A program made the position numbers and the translations under genes. Below are positions 62,890 through 64,000 of a stretch of DNA of 64,000 bases, in pieces. This DNA comes from Octopus vulgaris (lineage: Eukaryota). The stretch spans positions 83,142,001 through 83,206,000 of the forward strand of contig OX597827.1 in assembly GCA_951406725.2 (NCBI GenBank). Direction: 5' to 3'. How positions within the stretch are numbered: the stretch's first letter is position 1; the number at the start of each line of letters is the position of its first letter. The notes under the pieces are model-generated. The model was not told the origin of the DNA and made no database searches. It worked only from the letters and a program-made list of their open reading frames with translations.

Positions 62890-63137
62890 CGATTAAATAA
62901 TTAAATTTAGAAAAATTAGAAGAAAAGTTTTTTTAAAAGAATATTTCTGTAGTAGTGTTCAGATATAAGTAGCATTCTGCCTTTCTCTGACTCCCTTGTT
63001 TGCACGACCTCGAACACACAAGTGCAAACAAGGGAGTCAGAGAAAGGCAGAATGCTACTTATATCTGAACACTACTACAGAAATATTCTTTTAAAAAAAC
63101 TTTTCTTCTAATTTTTCTAAATTTAATTATTTAATCG

Positions 63138-63181
63138 TTACAGTTGAAAAGGTCTCAAAATGACCGAAACCGGTACTGAAA
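63138..63181 (+). ncRNA. Minimal type-I hammerhead ribozyme candidate (U3:A8 variant)
   Basis: TTACAG-TTGAAAA-GGTC-TCAAAAT-GACC-GAAA-CCGG-TA-CTGAAA: helix I CAG/CTG, helix II GGTC/GACC, palindromic helix III, GUA cleavage triplet. Confidence 0.72.
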
Positions 63182-63265
63182 GATTCACTATAAAATCATC
63201 TTAGCATTTTCTATTTTTGACTTATTTTTTCATATATATCAACTCGTGTGTTCCTTTCCACCCTT

Positions 63266-63322
<57 letters not shown>

Positions 63323-63484
63323 TACGACAGGCTTCTTTCAGTTTCCGTCTACCAAATCCACTCACAAGGCATTGGTCGGCCCGGGGCTATAGCAGAAGAC
63401 ACTTACCCAAGATGCCACGCAGTGGGACTGAACCCGGAACAATGTGGTTGGTAGCAAGCTACTTACCACACAACCACTCCTCCG

Positions 63485-63487
<3 letters not shown>
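63323..63487 (-). mobile_element. SINE family S2 5' half (tRNA-like head to internal microsatellite)
   Basis: Minus strand AGGCGGAGGAGTGGTTGTGTGGTAAGTAGCTTGC...GGGTTCAGTCCC...GAAAGAAGCCTGTCGTAT. Confidence 0.9.
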
Positions 63488-63547
<60 letters not shown>

Positions 63548-63656
63548 CATATATATATATAACATATATAATATATATATATAAAACATATATATAATAT
63601 ATATATAAAACATATATAATATATATATAACATATATATAAATAATATATATATAA

Positions 63657-63696
<40 letters not shown>

Positions 63697-63755
63697 ATAT
63701 ATATATATAAAACATATATATAATATATGTAACATATATAGATATAATAAATATA

Positions 63756-63798
<43 letters not shown>

Positions 63799-63972
63799 TA
63801 TATAAACAACATATATATATATATATATAATATATATATATAAACAACATATATATATATATAACATATATAATTAACATATATATAATATATATATAAC
63901 ATATATAAATAACATATATATAATATATATATAACATATATAAATAACATATATATAACATATATAAATAAC
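63488..63972. repeat. (TA)n grading into degenerate AACATATATA low-complexity repeat
   Basis: Read directly from the sequence. Confidence 0.93.
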
Positions 63973-64000
63973 ATCTGTTCATGAAGAGAATGAACGAACG

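Larger units (their letters stand above)
62757..63270. mobile_element. 514-bp palindromic element (249-bp arms, 16-bp spacer), probable Penelope-like inverted pLTR pair
   Basis: 62757-63005 is the reverse complement of 63022-63270 with 3 mismatches by eye. (TA)n flanks both sides and each arm carries a hammerhead motif. Confidence 0.85.

Overview
Eukaryotic, AT-rich, repeat-dominated DNA with no supportable host protein-coding exon. The SINE repertoire and microsatellite load suggest a cephalopod (Octopus-like) genome; this is an inference. The window holds 5'-truncated CR1-group LINEs of at least two families, including one copy with an uninterrupted 648-codon RT frame at 20618-22564. It also holds eroded RTE LINE fragments, several tRNA-derived SINE families, a deleted mariner element and kilobase-scale (TA)n arrays, which account for all the long Ile/Tyr ORFs. 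Highlights: (1) a 514-bp near-perfect palindrome at 62757-63270 carrying a minimal type-I hammerhead ribozyme motif with a compensatory U3:A8 core in each arm, probably Penelope-like; (2) a fold-back element at 58333-58559 whose loop is a tRNA-like cloverleaf; (3) all well-preserved LINE copies with both ends visible sit in (TA)n tracts and share a covarying two-hairpin 3' motif with a SINE family; (4) a LINE-SINE chimera and an RT frame that stays open across three apparent in-frame deletions; (5) a CpG-poor to CpG-rich transition near 44.6 kb that may mark a gene body/promoter boundary.
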